Positions 47,871-56,537 of a stretch of 64,000 nucleotides of DNA are shown here, in pieces. Below the pieces are notes generated by a model. That model did no database searches, was not told the origin of the DNA, and was given only the letters and a program-made list of their open reading frames with translations. Every line of letters starts with the position of its first letter. Within the stretch, counting starts at the first letter, position 1. The position numbers were made by a program, and so were the translations under genes. Origin of the DNA: Armatimonadota bacterium (lineage in GTDB: Bacteria; Armatimonadota; SYMT01); the NCBI GenBank assembly GCA_046292385.1, contig JBKBRF010000032.1:1-64000 (forward strand). The letters run 5' to 3'.

Positions 47871-49157
47871 ATGAGCACCCTGGACCTCCTGGTAGTCGGA
47901 AGCGGCGGACGCGAGCACGCGCTCGCCTGGAAGCTGCGGCAGTCGCCGCGCTGTGGACGGATCTTTGCCGCGCCGGGAAACCCGGGGATTGCCGAGATCG
48001 CGGAGTGCCTGCCGGCGGGGGTGAGTGACCTCGACGAGCTGGTGCGGATCGCGGTCGACCGCAAGATCGGGCTCGCCGTGATCGGGCCGGAGGTGCCGCT
48101 CGCCGCCGGGCTGGCGGACCGGCTGCGCGCCGCCGGCATCCGTGTCTTCGGACCCTCCGCCGCCGCGGCGCGGATCGAGAGCAGCAAGGCCTACGCTCGC
48201 GAGCTGATGCAGCGGAAGCGCGTCCCGCAGCCCTCCTTCGCCTCCGTCACGACTTTCGAGCGCGCGACCTTCGTCCTCGCCCAGTTGGAGAAGCAGGGCG
48301 CCGCGGGCGTGGTGGTCAAGGCGAGCGGGCTCGCCGCCGGCAAGGGCGCCATCGTCTGCGATACCTTCGAGCAGGCTCGCGAGGTCGCCCGCGCGATGCT
48401 GGAAGGCGGCGAATTCGGCGAGGCCGGCCAGGAAGTCGTGATCGAGGAGCGGCTGGTCGGCGAGGAGGCGAGTCTCTTCGTGCTGACCGACGGCGTCCGT
48501 GTGGCGCCGCTGCTCCCGGCCCAGGACTACAAGCGCGCTCTCGACGGCGACGAAGGCCCGAACACCGGCGGGATGGGCGCCTACGCCCCGGCGCCGCTCA
48601 TCTCTCCCGCGCTCTACGAGCAGGCGGTGGAGACGATCGTCCGCCCCACCCTTCGCGCCCTGCGGGAAGACGGCGCGCCGTTCAGCGGGTGCCTCTACGC
48701 CGGCCTGATGAAGACCGGCAGCGGACTGCGCGTGATCGAGTTCAACTGCCGCTTCGGCGATCCGGAGACGCAGGTGGTGCTGCCGCTGATCGACGAGGAC
48801 CTGCTGGAGCTGATGCTCGCCGTCGCGGAGGAGCGCCTGGAAGACCACCTCGTTCCCCGGAAGCCGGGCGTGGGCGTCACGGTGGTACTCGCGAGCGGCG
48901 GTTACCCCGGCAGTTACGAGAACGGCAAGCCGATTCACGGCCTGGAAGCCGCCGCCGCGCGCGAAGGGGTGCAGGTCTTCCACGCCGGCACCGCGCGCCG
49001 CGAGGGTGAGGTCGTCACCGCGGGAGGCCGCGTGCTGAACGTGACCGCGCTCGGCGCCAGCTTCGCGGAAGCGCGGGAGCGGGCCTACGGGGCGGCGGAG
49101 CTGATCCAGTTCGAGGGGAAGCAGCTCCGCACCGACATCGCCGCCCGCGTGGCGTAG
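47871..49157 (+). CDS. purD: Phosphoribosylamine--glycine ligase
   Basis: GSGGREHAL, GPEVPL, KASGLAAGKG, GPNTGGMGAY and EFNCRFGDPE. Confidence 0.98.
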   Translation: MSTLDLLVVGSGGREHALAWKLRQSPRCGRIFAAPGNPGIAEIAECLPAGVSDLDELVRIAVDRKIGLAVIGPEVPLAAGLADRLRAAGIRVFGPSAAAARIESSKAYARELMQRKRVPQPSFASVTTFERATFVLAQLEKQGAAGVVVKASGLAAGKGAIVCDTFEQAREVARAMLEGGEFGEAGQEVVIEERLVGEEASLFVLTDGVRVAPLLPAQDYKRALDGDEGPNTGGMGAYAPAPLISPALYEQAVETIVRPTLRALREDGAPFSGCLYAGLMKTGSGLRVIEFNCRFGDPETQVVLPLIDEDLLELMLAVAEERLEDHLVPRKPGVGVTVVLASGGYPGSYENGKPIHGLEAAAAREGVQVFHAGTARREGEVVTAGGRVLNVTALGASFAEARERAYGAAELIQFEGKQLRTDIAARVA

Positions 49158-49213
49158 CAGCGCGAGCATCGACCACCGCGCCCTTTCCGGCACGGGCAGA
49201 AGGAGCTTACAGC

Positions 49214-51004
49214 ATGGCGACCGGCGCGCTCCCCCACTGGGACATGACCCCTATCTTCCCCGGGCTCGACTCGCCGGAGCTCGCCGCCGCGCTGGAGCGC
49301 GCCCGCGAAGACGTGGCCGACCTCGGCCGGCTCTTCGACCGGCACCAGGTCCGCGGGACGGATGACGGCGCCGTGACGCCGGAGATCGCCGCGGCGTTCG
49401 ACGAGGTGACGGGGCGGCTGAACGCCCGGCTCCAGGAGAACCGGGTCCTGGGCGCCTACCTCAACTGCTTCGTCAGCATCGACGCGGCGGACGATCGGGC
49501 ACAGTCGCTCCTCTCCGAGCTCCGCGCGCTCAGCGTGCCGCTCAACCAGCTCGGCACCCGCTACACCGCCTGGGCCGGCACGCTCGACACCGACGCGCTG
49601 CTCCAGGCCTCGCAGACGGCGCGCGACCACGAGCACGCCGTCCGCCGGGCCGGCTACCTGGCGCGGCATCAGATGCCGGAAGGCGAGGAAGCCCTGGCTG
49701 CGGAGCTGCAGCCCGCGGGGCTGAACGGCTGGGCGCGGCTTCATAACGACGTCACGTCGCTGCTTACCGTTACGCTGACCCTCCGCGGGGAGGAGCAGAC
49801 GCTGCCGATGAGCTCCGTTCGCGCCCTGGCGAACGACCCGGATCGCTCCGTTCGCCAGGGCGCGTATGAAGCGGAGCTTCGCGCGTGGGACGAGGTAACC
49901 GTCCCCCTCGCGGCCGCGCTGAACGGGATCAAGGGCTTCCAGCGAAGTCTGCGCGCGCGCCGCGGCTATGGGGACGACGTGGAGCCGACGCTGATCGTGA
50001 ACGGCATCGACCGCGAGATCCTCGAGGCGATGCAGGCCGCCTGCGTGGAGTCGTTCCCGGACTTCCGCCGCTACATGGGGGCGAAGGCCCGCGCGCTCGG
50101 CGTGGAGCGGCTCGCCTGGTTCGACCTCCACGCGCCGCTCGGCACCGCCTCCCGCGAGTACACCTGGGACGACGCGGAAGCGTTCATCCGGGAGCAGTTC
50201 GGGCGCTACTCGGAGCGGTTGGCCGGCTTCGCCGACCGCAGCTTCCGGGAGCGCTGGATCGACGCGGAGCCGCGCCCCGGCAAAGAAGGCGGCGCCTACT
50301 GCACCGGCCTTCGTCCCGGCGAATCGCGCGTGCTGATGAACTATGACAACTCGTTCAACAGCGTCAGCACCCTCGCCCACGAGCTGGGCCACGCCTACCA
50401 CAACCTGAACCTGGCGGAGCGGACCCCGCTGCAGCGGCAGACGCCGATGACCCTGGCCGAGACCGCCAGCATCTTCTGCGAGACGCTCGCGTTCGAAGCG
50501 GCGCTGAAAGACGCCGGCCCGGAAGAGCGGCTCGGGCTCCTCGAGACCTCTCTGCAGCGGGACCTGATGGTGGTGGTCGACATCCACTCCCGCTTCCTCT
50601 TCGAGAAGGGCGTCTTCGAGCGCCGCGGACGCCGCGAGCTGACTGCCGCCGAATTCTCCGAGCTGATGCTGGAGACTCAGGCGCAGACCTACGGCGACGG
50701 CCTCGAGCCGGAGCGGCGCCACCCCTACATGTGGGCGGTGAAGGGGCACTACTACGGCCCCACGTTCTACAACTACCCGTACACCTTCGGACTGCTCTTC
50801 GGGCTGGGGCTCTACGCCCGGTACCAGGGCGATCCGGACGGGTTCCGCCAGGGCTACGACGACCTGCTCTCCAGCACCGGGCTGGCGGACGCGGCGACCC
50901 TGGCACAGCGGTTCGGGATCGACGTGCGGAGCATCGACTTCTGGCGCTCCAGCCTCGACGTGATCCGCGGCAACATTAGCGAATTCGAAAAGCTGGTCGG
51001 CTAG
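49214..51004 (+). CDS. pepF: M3 family oligoendopeptidase F
   Basis: GK.GGAYC, TLAHELGHAYH, AETAS and FYNYPYTFG. Confidence 0.9.
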   Translation: MATGALPHWDMTPIFPGLDSPELAAALERAREDVADLGRLFDRHQVRGTDDGAVTPEIAAAFDEVTGRLNARLQENRVLGAYLNCFVSIDAADDRAQSLLSELRALSVPLNQLGTRYTAWAGTLDTDALLQASQTARDHEHAVRRAGYLARHQMPEGEEALAAELQPAGLNGWARLHNDVTSLLTVTLTLRGEEQTLPMSSVRALANDPDRSVRQGAYEAELRAWDEVTVPLAAALNGIKGFQRSLRARRGYGDDVEPTLIVNGIDREILEAMQAACVESFPDFRRYMGAKARALGVERLAWFDLHAPLGTASREYTWDDAEAFIREQFGRYSERLAGFADRSFRERWIDAEPRPGKEGGAYCTGLRPGESRVLMNYDNSFNSVSTLAHELGHAYHNLNLAERTPLQRQTPMTLAETASIFCETLAFEAALKDAGPEERLGLLETSLQRDLMVVVDIHSRFLFEKGVFERRGRRELTAAEFSELMLETQAQTYGDGLEPERRHPYMWAVKGHYYGPTFYNYPYTFGLLFGLGLYARYQGDPDGFRQGYDDLLSSTGLADAATLAQRFGIDVRSIDFWRSSLDVIRGNISEFEKLVG

Positions 51005-51047
51005 CCCACCGCGGCTCCACCGGCACGACAGGAACGAGAGAGAAGCG

Positions 51048-52337
51048 ATGATCGAGCGTTACAGCCTTCCGGAGATGCAGTCTCTCTGGTCGCTGCAGAA
51101 CAAGTACGACAACTGGCTCAAGGTCGAGCTCGCGGTGGTCCAGGCGCAGGCGGAAGTCGGCCGCATCCCGCGGGAAGAGGCCGACCTGATCGTGAAGAAT
51201 GCCCGGTTCGAGCTGGAGCGGGCGCTGGAGATCGAGAAGACGACCCGCCACGACCTCCTCGGCTTCGTCGGCGCGGTGCTGGAGAACCTGGGGCCGGAGG
51301 GGCGCTACTTCCACTACGGCGTTACTTCCTACGACATCGAGGACCCGGCTCTCTCCCTGCAGATGATCCAGGCGCTCGACCTGATCCTGGAGAAGCTGGA
51401 CGGCCTGATCGAGGCGATCCGCGGCCGGGCGCGCGAGCACAAGTGGACCATCATGATGGGCCGCACGCACGCGATTCACGCGGAGCCGATCACCCTCGGC
51501 TTCAAGCTGGCGGTCTGGCTGGCGGAGTTCCTCCGCAACCGCGAGCGGGTGGTGCGTGCGAAGGAGAACATCGCCTGGGGCAAGATCTCCGGGGCGGTCG
51601 GCACCCACGCCAACATCCCGCCGCAGGTGGAAGCCCGCGTCTGCGAGATGCTCGGCCTGAAGCCAGACCCCGCCTCCACCCAGATCCTGCAGCGCGACCG
51701 ACACGCGGAGGTGCTCCTCACCCTCTCGCTGCTCTCCGCGTCGCTGGAGAAGTACGCCACGGAGATCCGCAACCTGCAGCGGACCGAGATCCGGGAGCTG
51801 GAAGAGCCGTTCGCGAAGGGCCAGCGCGGCTCCAGCGCCATGCCGCACAAGCGCAATCCGTGGGTCTGCGAGCAGATCTCCGGCCTGGCGCGCGTGGTCC
51901 GCGGCAACGCGATCCCCGCGCTGGAGAACGTGATCACCTGGCACGAGCGCGACCTGGCCAACTCCTCCGTGGAGCGCGTCATCATCCCGGACACCACCAC
52001 GCTGGTCCACTACCAGCTCCACCGCTTCACCACGATCGTGGCGGGGATGGAGGTCTATCCGGAGAACATGGCCGCCAACCTGGAGAAGATGCACGGCCTC
52101 ATCTTCAGCCAGCAGGTGATGCTCTCGCTCGTCGAGAAGGGCGCCTCCCGCGACGACGCCTACAAGCTCTCCCAGCAGCTCGCGATGGACGGCTGGGCCG
52201 GCTCCGACTTCCGCAAGGCGGTCCGCGAGAACCAGGCCGTCCGCCAGTACCTGAGCGAGGAAGAGATCGAGCGCTGCTTCGACGTGCGCTACCACCTGAA
52301 GCACCTGGAGCACACGTTCGAGCAGCTGGGAATCTGA
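51048..52337 (+). CDS. purB: Adenylosuccinate lyase
   Basis: MIERY, TRHD, GRTHAIHAEP, GSSAMPHKRNP and WHERD. Confidence 0.97.
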   Translation: MIERYSLPEMQSLWSLQNKYDNWLKVELAVVQAQAEVGRIPREEADLIVKNARFELERALEIEKTTRHDLLGFVGAVLENLGPEGRYFHYGVTSYDIEDPALSLQMIQALDLILEKLDGLIEAIRGRAREHKWTIMMGRTHAIHAEPITLGFKLAVWLAEFLRNRERVVRAKENIAWGKISGAVGTHANIPPQVEARVCEMLGLKPDPASTQILQRDRHAEVLLTLSLLSASLEKYATEIRNLQRTEIRELEEPFAKGQRGSSAMPHKRNPWVCEQISGLARVVRGNAIPALENVITWHERDLANSSVERVIIPDTTTLVHYQLHRFTTIVAGMEVYPENMAANLEKMHGLIFSQQVMLSLVEKGASRDDAYKLSQQLAMDGWAGSDFRKAVRENQAVRQYLSEEEIERCFDVRYHLKHLEHTFEQLGI

Positions 52338-52345
52338 GGGTTTTC

Positions 52346-52580
52346 AGGAGATGGGGGGATGTGGGAACGGGGATTGGGGGATGACAACCTCCCGAACCTA
52401 GCTCCTACTCGTTCTCTTACTCCTACTCTTACTCGAGAGCCTCGCGAGGCGGGATAGGCCTGCGACGAGAGGGTGTACCCGCTCGTCGGAGCCTATCCCC
52501 CAGCCCCGGCTCTACACCGATAGCTCCCCTCTCTTCTCAGGAGCGGGGCCGGGGGTGAGGCCGCGTCAGAAGCAGCCGTC
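52346..52580. repeat. Intergenic repeat cluster (heptamer run, hexamer run, hairpin, REP-like unit)
   Basis: GGGGATG-like run, (CTCYTA)n run, hairpin at 52451-52499, and unit 52526-52580, which is inverted relative to 56063-56117. Confidence 0.75.
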
Positions 52581-52701
52581 TCCGCTCTCGCATCAGCTCC
52601 CCCTATCCGTCCCCAAAGCCCCATCGATACTTTCCATCTGATCCGCCCCAGCGCCGGACGTAAAATTCCTGGCGAGCCCGGCAGTCTCAGCGCCGGGCGG
52701 G

Positions 52702-53376
52702 ATGGAGAGACTTTTGGCTGATCAGGGTCCCCGCTGGGGCATGGTGCTGGACGTGGAGCGCTGCACCGGCTGCCACGCTTGCTCCGTGGCGTGCAAGGTG
52801 GAGAACGACGTCCCCCTCGGCAACTTCCGCACCAAGGTCTACTACCACGACCGCGGCACTTTCCCGCAGGCGCGGCGCGACTTCCTCCCGGTCGTCTGTA
52901 TGCAGTGCGCCGACGCCCCCTGCATGAAGTCCTGCCCCACCCAGTCGATCGTGCGGCTGGAGAACGGGATCGTCCACATCAACCAGGAGACGTGCCAGGG
53001 CTTCGGCAAGTGCGAGGACGCCTGCCCCTACGGCGCGATTTACGTCGACCCGCAGCGAAACGTCGCGGACAAGTGCAACTTCTGCGAGCACCGGCTCGAA
53101 GCGGGCATGGAGCCGGCCTGCGTGGAGACCTGCCCGGGCGAGGTCTTCGTCTTCGGCGACCTCAACGACCCGAACAGCCGCATCTCCCGCTTCGCCGCGG
53201 AGCACGCGGACGAGTTGAAGGTGCTCAAGCCGGGCGAGAAGACGCAGCCGCAGGTGCGGTACCGCGGCCACCGGCGGGAGATGGAGCGGAAGGTCCCCAA
53301 AGGCCGCAACCACGATCCCCGCTCCTACGAGATCCAGACCTGGGCCACGCTCCGGCCGACCTTCGACGAGGACTAG
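52702..53376 (+). CDS. 4Fe-4S four-cluster electron-transfer subunit (DmsB/PsrB/NrfC type)
   Basis: CTGCHACSVAC, CMQCADAPC...CP, CQGFGKCEDACPY and KCNFC...PACVETCP. Confidence 0.93.
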   Translation: MERLLADQGPRWGMVLDVERCTGCHACSVACKVENDVPLGNFRTKVYYHDRGTFPQARRDFLPVVCMQCADAPCMKSCPTQSIVRLENGIVHINQETCQGFGKCEDACPYGAIYVDPQRNVADKCNFCEHRLEAGMEPACVETCPGEVFVFGDLNDPNSRISRFAAEHADELKVLKPGEKTQPQVRYRGHRREMERKVPKGRNHDPRSYEIQTWATLRPTFDED

Positions 53377-55983
53377 ATGGACCGCAGAGACTTCATCAAG
53401 GTCGGGATCGGCGCCCTGGCGACTCTCGAGGTGGGCGAGGTGATCCGCCTCTTTCCCGGAGCGATCGCGGAGGCCACCGCGCCGGCGCCGCGCGTGAAGC
53501 GGCGGCCGGGTGAGAAGGCGATCCCGAAGGTCCCGAATGACTACTCCCGCGCGCAGCGCGTGCCGAGCGTCTGCCTCAACTGCTCCACCGTCTGCGGGAT
53601 CGTGGGGTACGTGATCGACGGGAAGCTGGTGAAGGTCGGCGGCAACCCGGAAGACCCGAACAACGGCAAGACGCTCTGCGCCAAGGGGCAGTCCGGACCC
53701 ACCATCAACGATTACCCCGAGCGGCTCCTCTACCCTCTCAAGCGCGTGGGGAAGCGCGGCGAGGGGCTCTGGCAGCGGATCACCTGGGACGAGGCGTACG
53801 AGGAGATCGCGCGGCGGGTCCGCAAGTGCCTCGACGAGGGGCACCCGGAGCAGGTGGCGATCCACTACGGCCGCTCCCGTATCAGCGACGTGGTGGAGCG
53901 CTTCCAGAACGCCATCGGCTCGCCCGTGATCCTGAACCACCGCGCGCTTTGCTCGCTCAACAAGCGCGCGGCCAACTACGCCTGCATCGGGGATACCGAC
54001 TGGGAGACGGTCGACGCCGAGCACTCGAAGTACCTGCTGAACTTTGGCTCCAACTTCTACGAGGCGCACCAGGGCTCCATCCACTTCCTGCGCCGGGTCG
54101 TCCGCGGCCGCTTCGACAACGGCGCCAAGCTGGTGACGTTCGACGTCCGCCTCTCCAACACGGCCGGCCGCAGCGACGAGTGGCACGCCCCCTTCCCCGG
54201 CACCGAGGGGGCGGTCGCCCTCGCCATGGCCCACACGATGATGAAGGAGGGCGAGTACGACCGGGAGTGGATCACCAAGTGGACCAACGTCACCCCGGAC
54301 GCGCTCTGGAAGTTCCTGGAGCAGTACCCGCCGGAGTGGGCGGCGAAGGTGAGCGGCATCCCGGCCAGGGAGATCCGCCGGATCGCCCTGGATTTCGCGC
54401 GGGCGCGGCCGCACTGCGCGGCGTGGACCAACCGCGGCAGCCACGCGCACTACAACGGGTTCAACAACGACCGCGCGGTGGTGCTGCTCAACGCCCTCGC
54501 CGGCAACATCGGCAAGCGGGGAGGCTACTGCTACGGCGAGGCGGAGCGGGTCGACCCGGTCAAGTTCCCCCCACCGGCTCCCCTGCCCCCGCGCCCCAAG
54601 ATCCGCACCGACCTGGAAGATCCGCCGGAGTGGCCCATCGCCAACCTCTGGCAGAAGATGCGGGTCGGGCAGATCGTCTACGACTACATCCAGCAGCGGC
54701 GGGCGCTGGTGCAGGTCTACCTCTCCTACACCCTCGGCTCCCCGCTCACCTGGCCGGAAGGACGCAGCCTGGCGGTGGAGGTGCTGAAGGACGAGGAGCT
54801 GATCCCGTTCCACGCCTGCTCGGACATCGTATACTCCGAGATGGCGCACTACGCGGACCTGATCCTGCCGGACGCCAGCTACATGGAGCGGTGGGGCCTC
54901 GACACCCGCAACAACTACGAGCTGCGGCCCTACGTCACCCTGCGCCAGCCGATCGTTCCGCCGCCCGCGGAGTGCGTCCACTTCGCCGACGTCCTGATCG
55001 AGCTCGGCCGCCGGTGCGGCCCCGACGTGGCGAAGTACTTCCCGTTCAAGAGCCACGAGGAGTACGTGGCGCACCAGTGCCGCAACGTGCCGCCCGGCGA
55101 CGCCGAGAGCGGCTTCGAATACATGAAGAAGCACGGCGTCTACATGGACGAGAGCCAGCCGAAGACCTACGAGCTCTACTCCCGCCCGTTGACGCCCGAG
55201 GAGCTGAAGGAGGCGACCGACGCGCGCACCGGGACGGACGAGCAGCTCCGCGACGTCTACTACCGCAAGAACGTAGCGAACGGGCAGATGGAAGCGGTCG
55301 GCGTGAAAGTCGACGGGGAGGTCCGCCGCGGCTTCAAGACTCCCTCCCGCAAGTTCGAGGTCTGGAGCAAGCCGGTGGTTGAGCAGTCGAAGAAGGTCGG
55401 CATCGAGGACGACGGCTGGCCGCACTACGTCCCGATCCCCGCGCACGAGGAGCTGCCGGAAGACCGGTTCATCTTCACCACCTTCAAGTGGAACGTCCAC
55501 ACGCAGGCGCGCACCGCTCCGCAGAAGTACCTCTCGGAGATCGTCCACAGCAACCCGATGTGGATCAACACCCGGACCGCGCGGAAGCTGGGGATCAAGA
55601 CCGGGGACTGGGTGGAGGTGACCACCTACCGCCCCAGGGGCAAGACCCACCGGGCCACCGGCGAGAAGCTCGGCAGCGTGCGCGTACAGGCGTTCGTGAC
55701 GGAGGGCATCCACCCGCGCGTGCTCGCCGTCAGCAACAGCCTCGGCTTCGAGCACGGCGGCCGCGCCGCCACCGCGGAGCGCGGTCCGCGTCCGGAAGGG
55801 CCCGGCTACGACCCGGCCGTCCTCCCTGAAGACCCGGACCTGTCCGAGAATCTCTGGTGGGACCGCGACCACCGCGGCGTCGGCCCCGGCTTCAACGTGA
55901 ACGCCGTCCTCCCGATCCAGCCCTCCCCCGTCACCGGCATGCAGGCCTGGTTCGACACCGTCTGCACGATCCGCAAGGTGTAG
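53377..55983 (+). CDS. Mo/W-bisPGD oxidoreductase catalytic subunit (Psr/Ttr/Arr-like clade)
   Basis: Tat-like DRRDFIK, Fe-S motif CLNCSTVC...LCAKG, ERLLYPLKR, ADLILPD and a molydop-binding C-domain. Confidence 0.9.
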   Translation: MDRRDFIKVGIGALATLEVGEVIRLFPGAIAEATAPAPRVKRRPGEKAIPKVPNDYSRAQRVPSVCLNCSTVCGIVGYVIDGKLVKVGGNPEDPNNGKTLCAKGQSGPTINDYPERLLYPLKRVGKRGEGLWQRITWDEAYEEIARRVRKCLDEGHPEQVAIHYGRSRISDVVERFQNAIGSPVILNHRALCSLNKRAANYACIGDTDWETVDAEHSKYLLNFGSNFYEAHQGSIHFLRRVVRGRFDNGAKLVTFDVRLSNTAGRSDEWHAPFPGTEGAVALAMAHTMMKEGEYDREWITKWTNVTPDALWKFLEQYPPEWAAKVSGIPAREIRRIALDFARARPHCAAWTNRGSHAHYNGFNNDRAVVLLNALAGNIGKRGGYCYGEAERVDPVKFPPPAPLPPRPKIRTDLEDPPEWPIANLWQKMRVGQIVYDYIQQRRALVQVYLSYTLGSPLTWPEGRSLAVEVLKDEELIPFHACSDIVYSEMAHYADLILPDASYMERWGLDTRNNYELRPYVTLRQPIVPPPAECVHFADVLIELGRRCGPDVAKYFPFKSHEEYVAHQCRNVPPGDAESGFEYMKKHGVYMDESQPKTYELYSRPLTPEELKEATDARTGTDEQLRDVYYRKNVANGQMEAVGVKVDGEVRRGFKTPSRKFEVWSKPVVEQSKKVGIEDDGWPHYVPIPAHEELPEDRFIFTTFKWNVHTQARTAPQKYLSEIVHSNPMWINTRTARKLGIKTGDWVEVTTYRPRGKTHRATGEKLGSVRVQAFVTEGIHPRVLAVSNSLGFEHGGRAATAERGPRPEGPGYDPAVLPEDPDLSENLWWDRDHRGVGPGFNVNAVLPIQPSPVTGMQAWFDTVCTIRKV

Positions 55984-56062
55984 AGGAGGCCGGGGACACG
56001 CCGAGCGGGAGCGAGAGTCATCGCTATGACCCACAGGGTCACCCACCGCGATCAAGTGCGAC

Positions 56063-56306
56063 GGCGGCTACGTCTCACGCGGCCTCACCCTCGGTCCCTC
56101 TCCTGAGAGGAGAGGGACCGAGGGTGGAGGTTTAGCCTACTCCCCCTTCCACTTTAGGGAAGGGGGTCGGGGGGTTAGGCCGCGCCGGAGCGCTAACCTG
56201 TCGTCCTATGTCCCCGAGGGGCTGGTTGCGATGCAGCGACCTCCGAGTGGCGCACCCGCCCCACACAGACCTGAACCCTAGACCCTAACCCCAAGACCCT
56301 AACCCT
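56063..56306. repeat. Intergenic repeat cluster (two CCCTCTCC/CCCCTTCC-type palindromes and an (ACCCTRR)n run)
   Basis: CCCTCGGTCCCTCTCCT-GAG-AGGAGAGGGACCGAGGG hairpin, CCCCCTTCC..GGAAGGGGG hairpin, and a heptamer run at 56267-56306. Confidence 0.75.
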
Positions 56307-56537
56307 GGGTCCGCCCGCTTGACACTCCCCTCCAGCCGGGATGAAAATAAGAGGCTTGTCAATCCCGGCAAGCGCGACCCTGGAGGGCCGACTGATGGGG
56401 ATCTGAGAGCTTCAACCGAACCCGTTTCCTGCCCGGAGCCTGCCCCCGGCAACCCCCCTCGCCCGCAGGACCCGGCGTCCGCGGCGTTGCCCGCTCCACC
56501 TGGCACCTCTACTCCTACCCTGATGCCGGCAAAGCCC

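Noticed and set aside
56267..56306. Telomere-like CCCTAA repeats
   Set aside because: The run is short, degenerate and 7-periodic, like the other intergenic heptamer runs. The resemblance is coincidental.
56319..56537. T-box or TPP riboswitch upstream of ileS, and the 73 aa N-terminal extension of IleRS
   Set aside because: The T-box bulge consensus and the TPP 3' core are missing. The extension is Pro-rich and IleRS homology begins at MNYRETLNLP.
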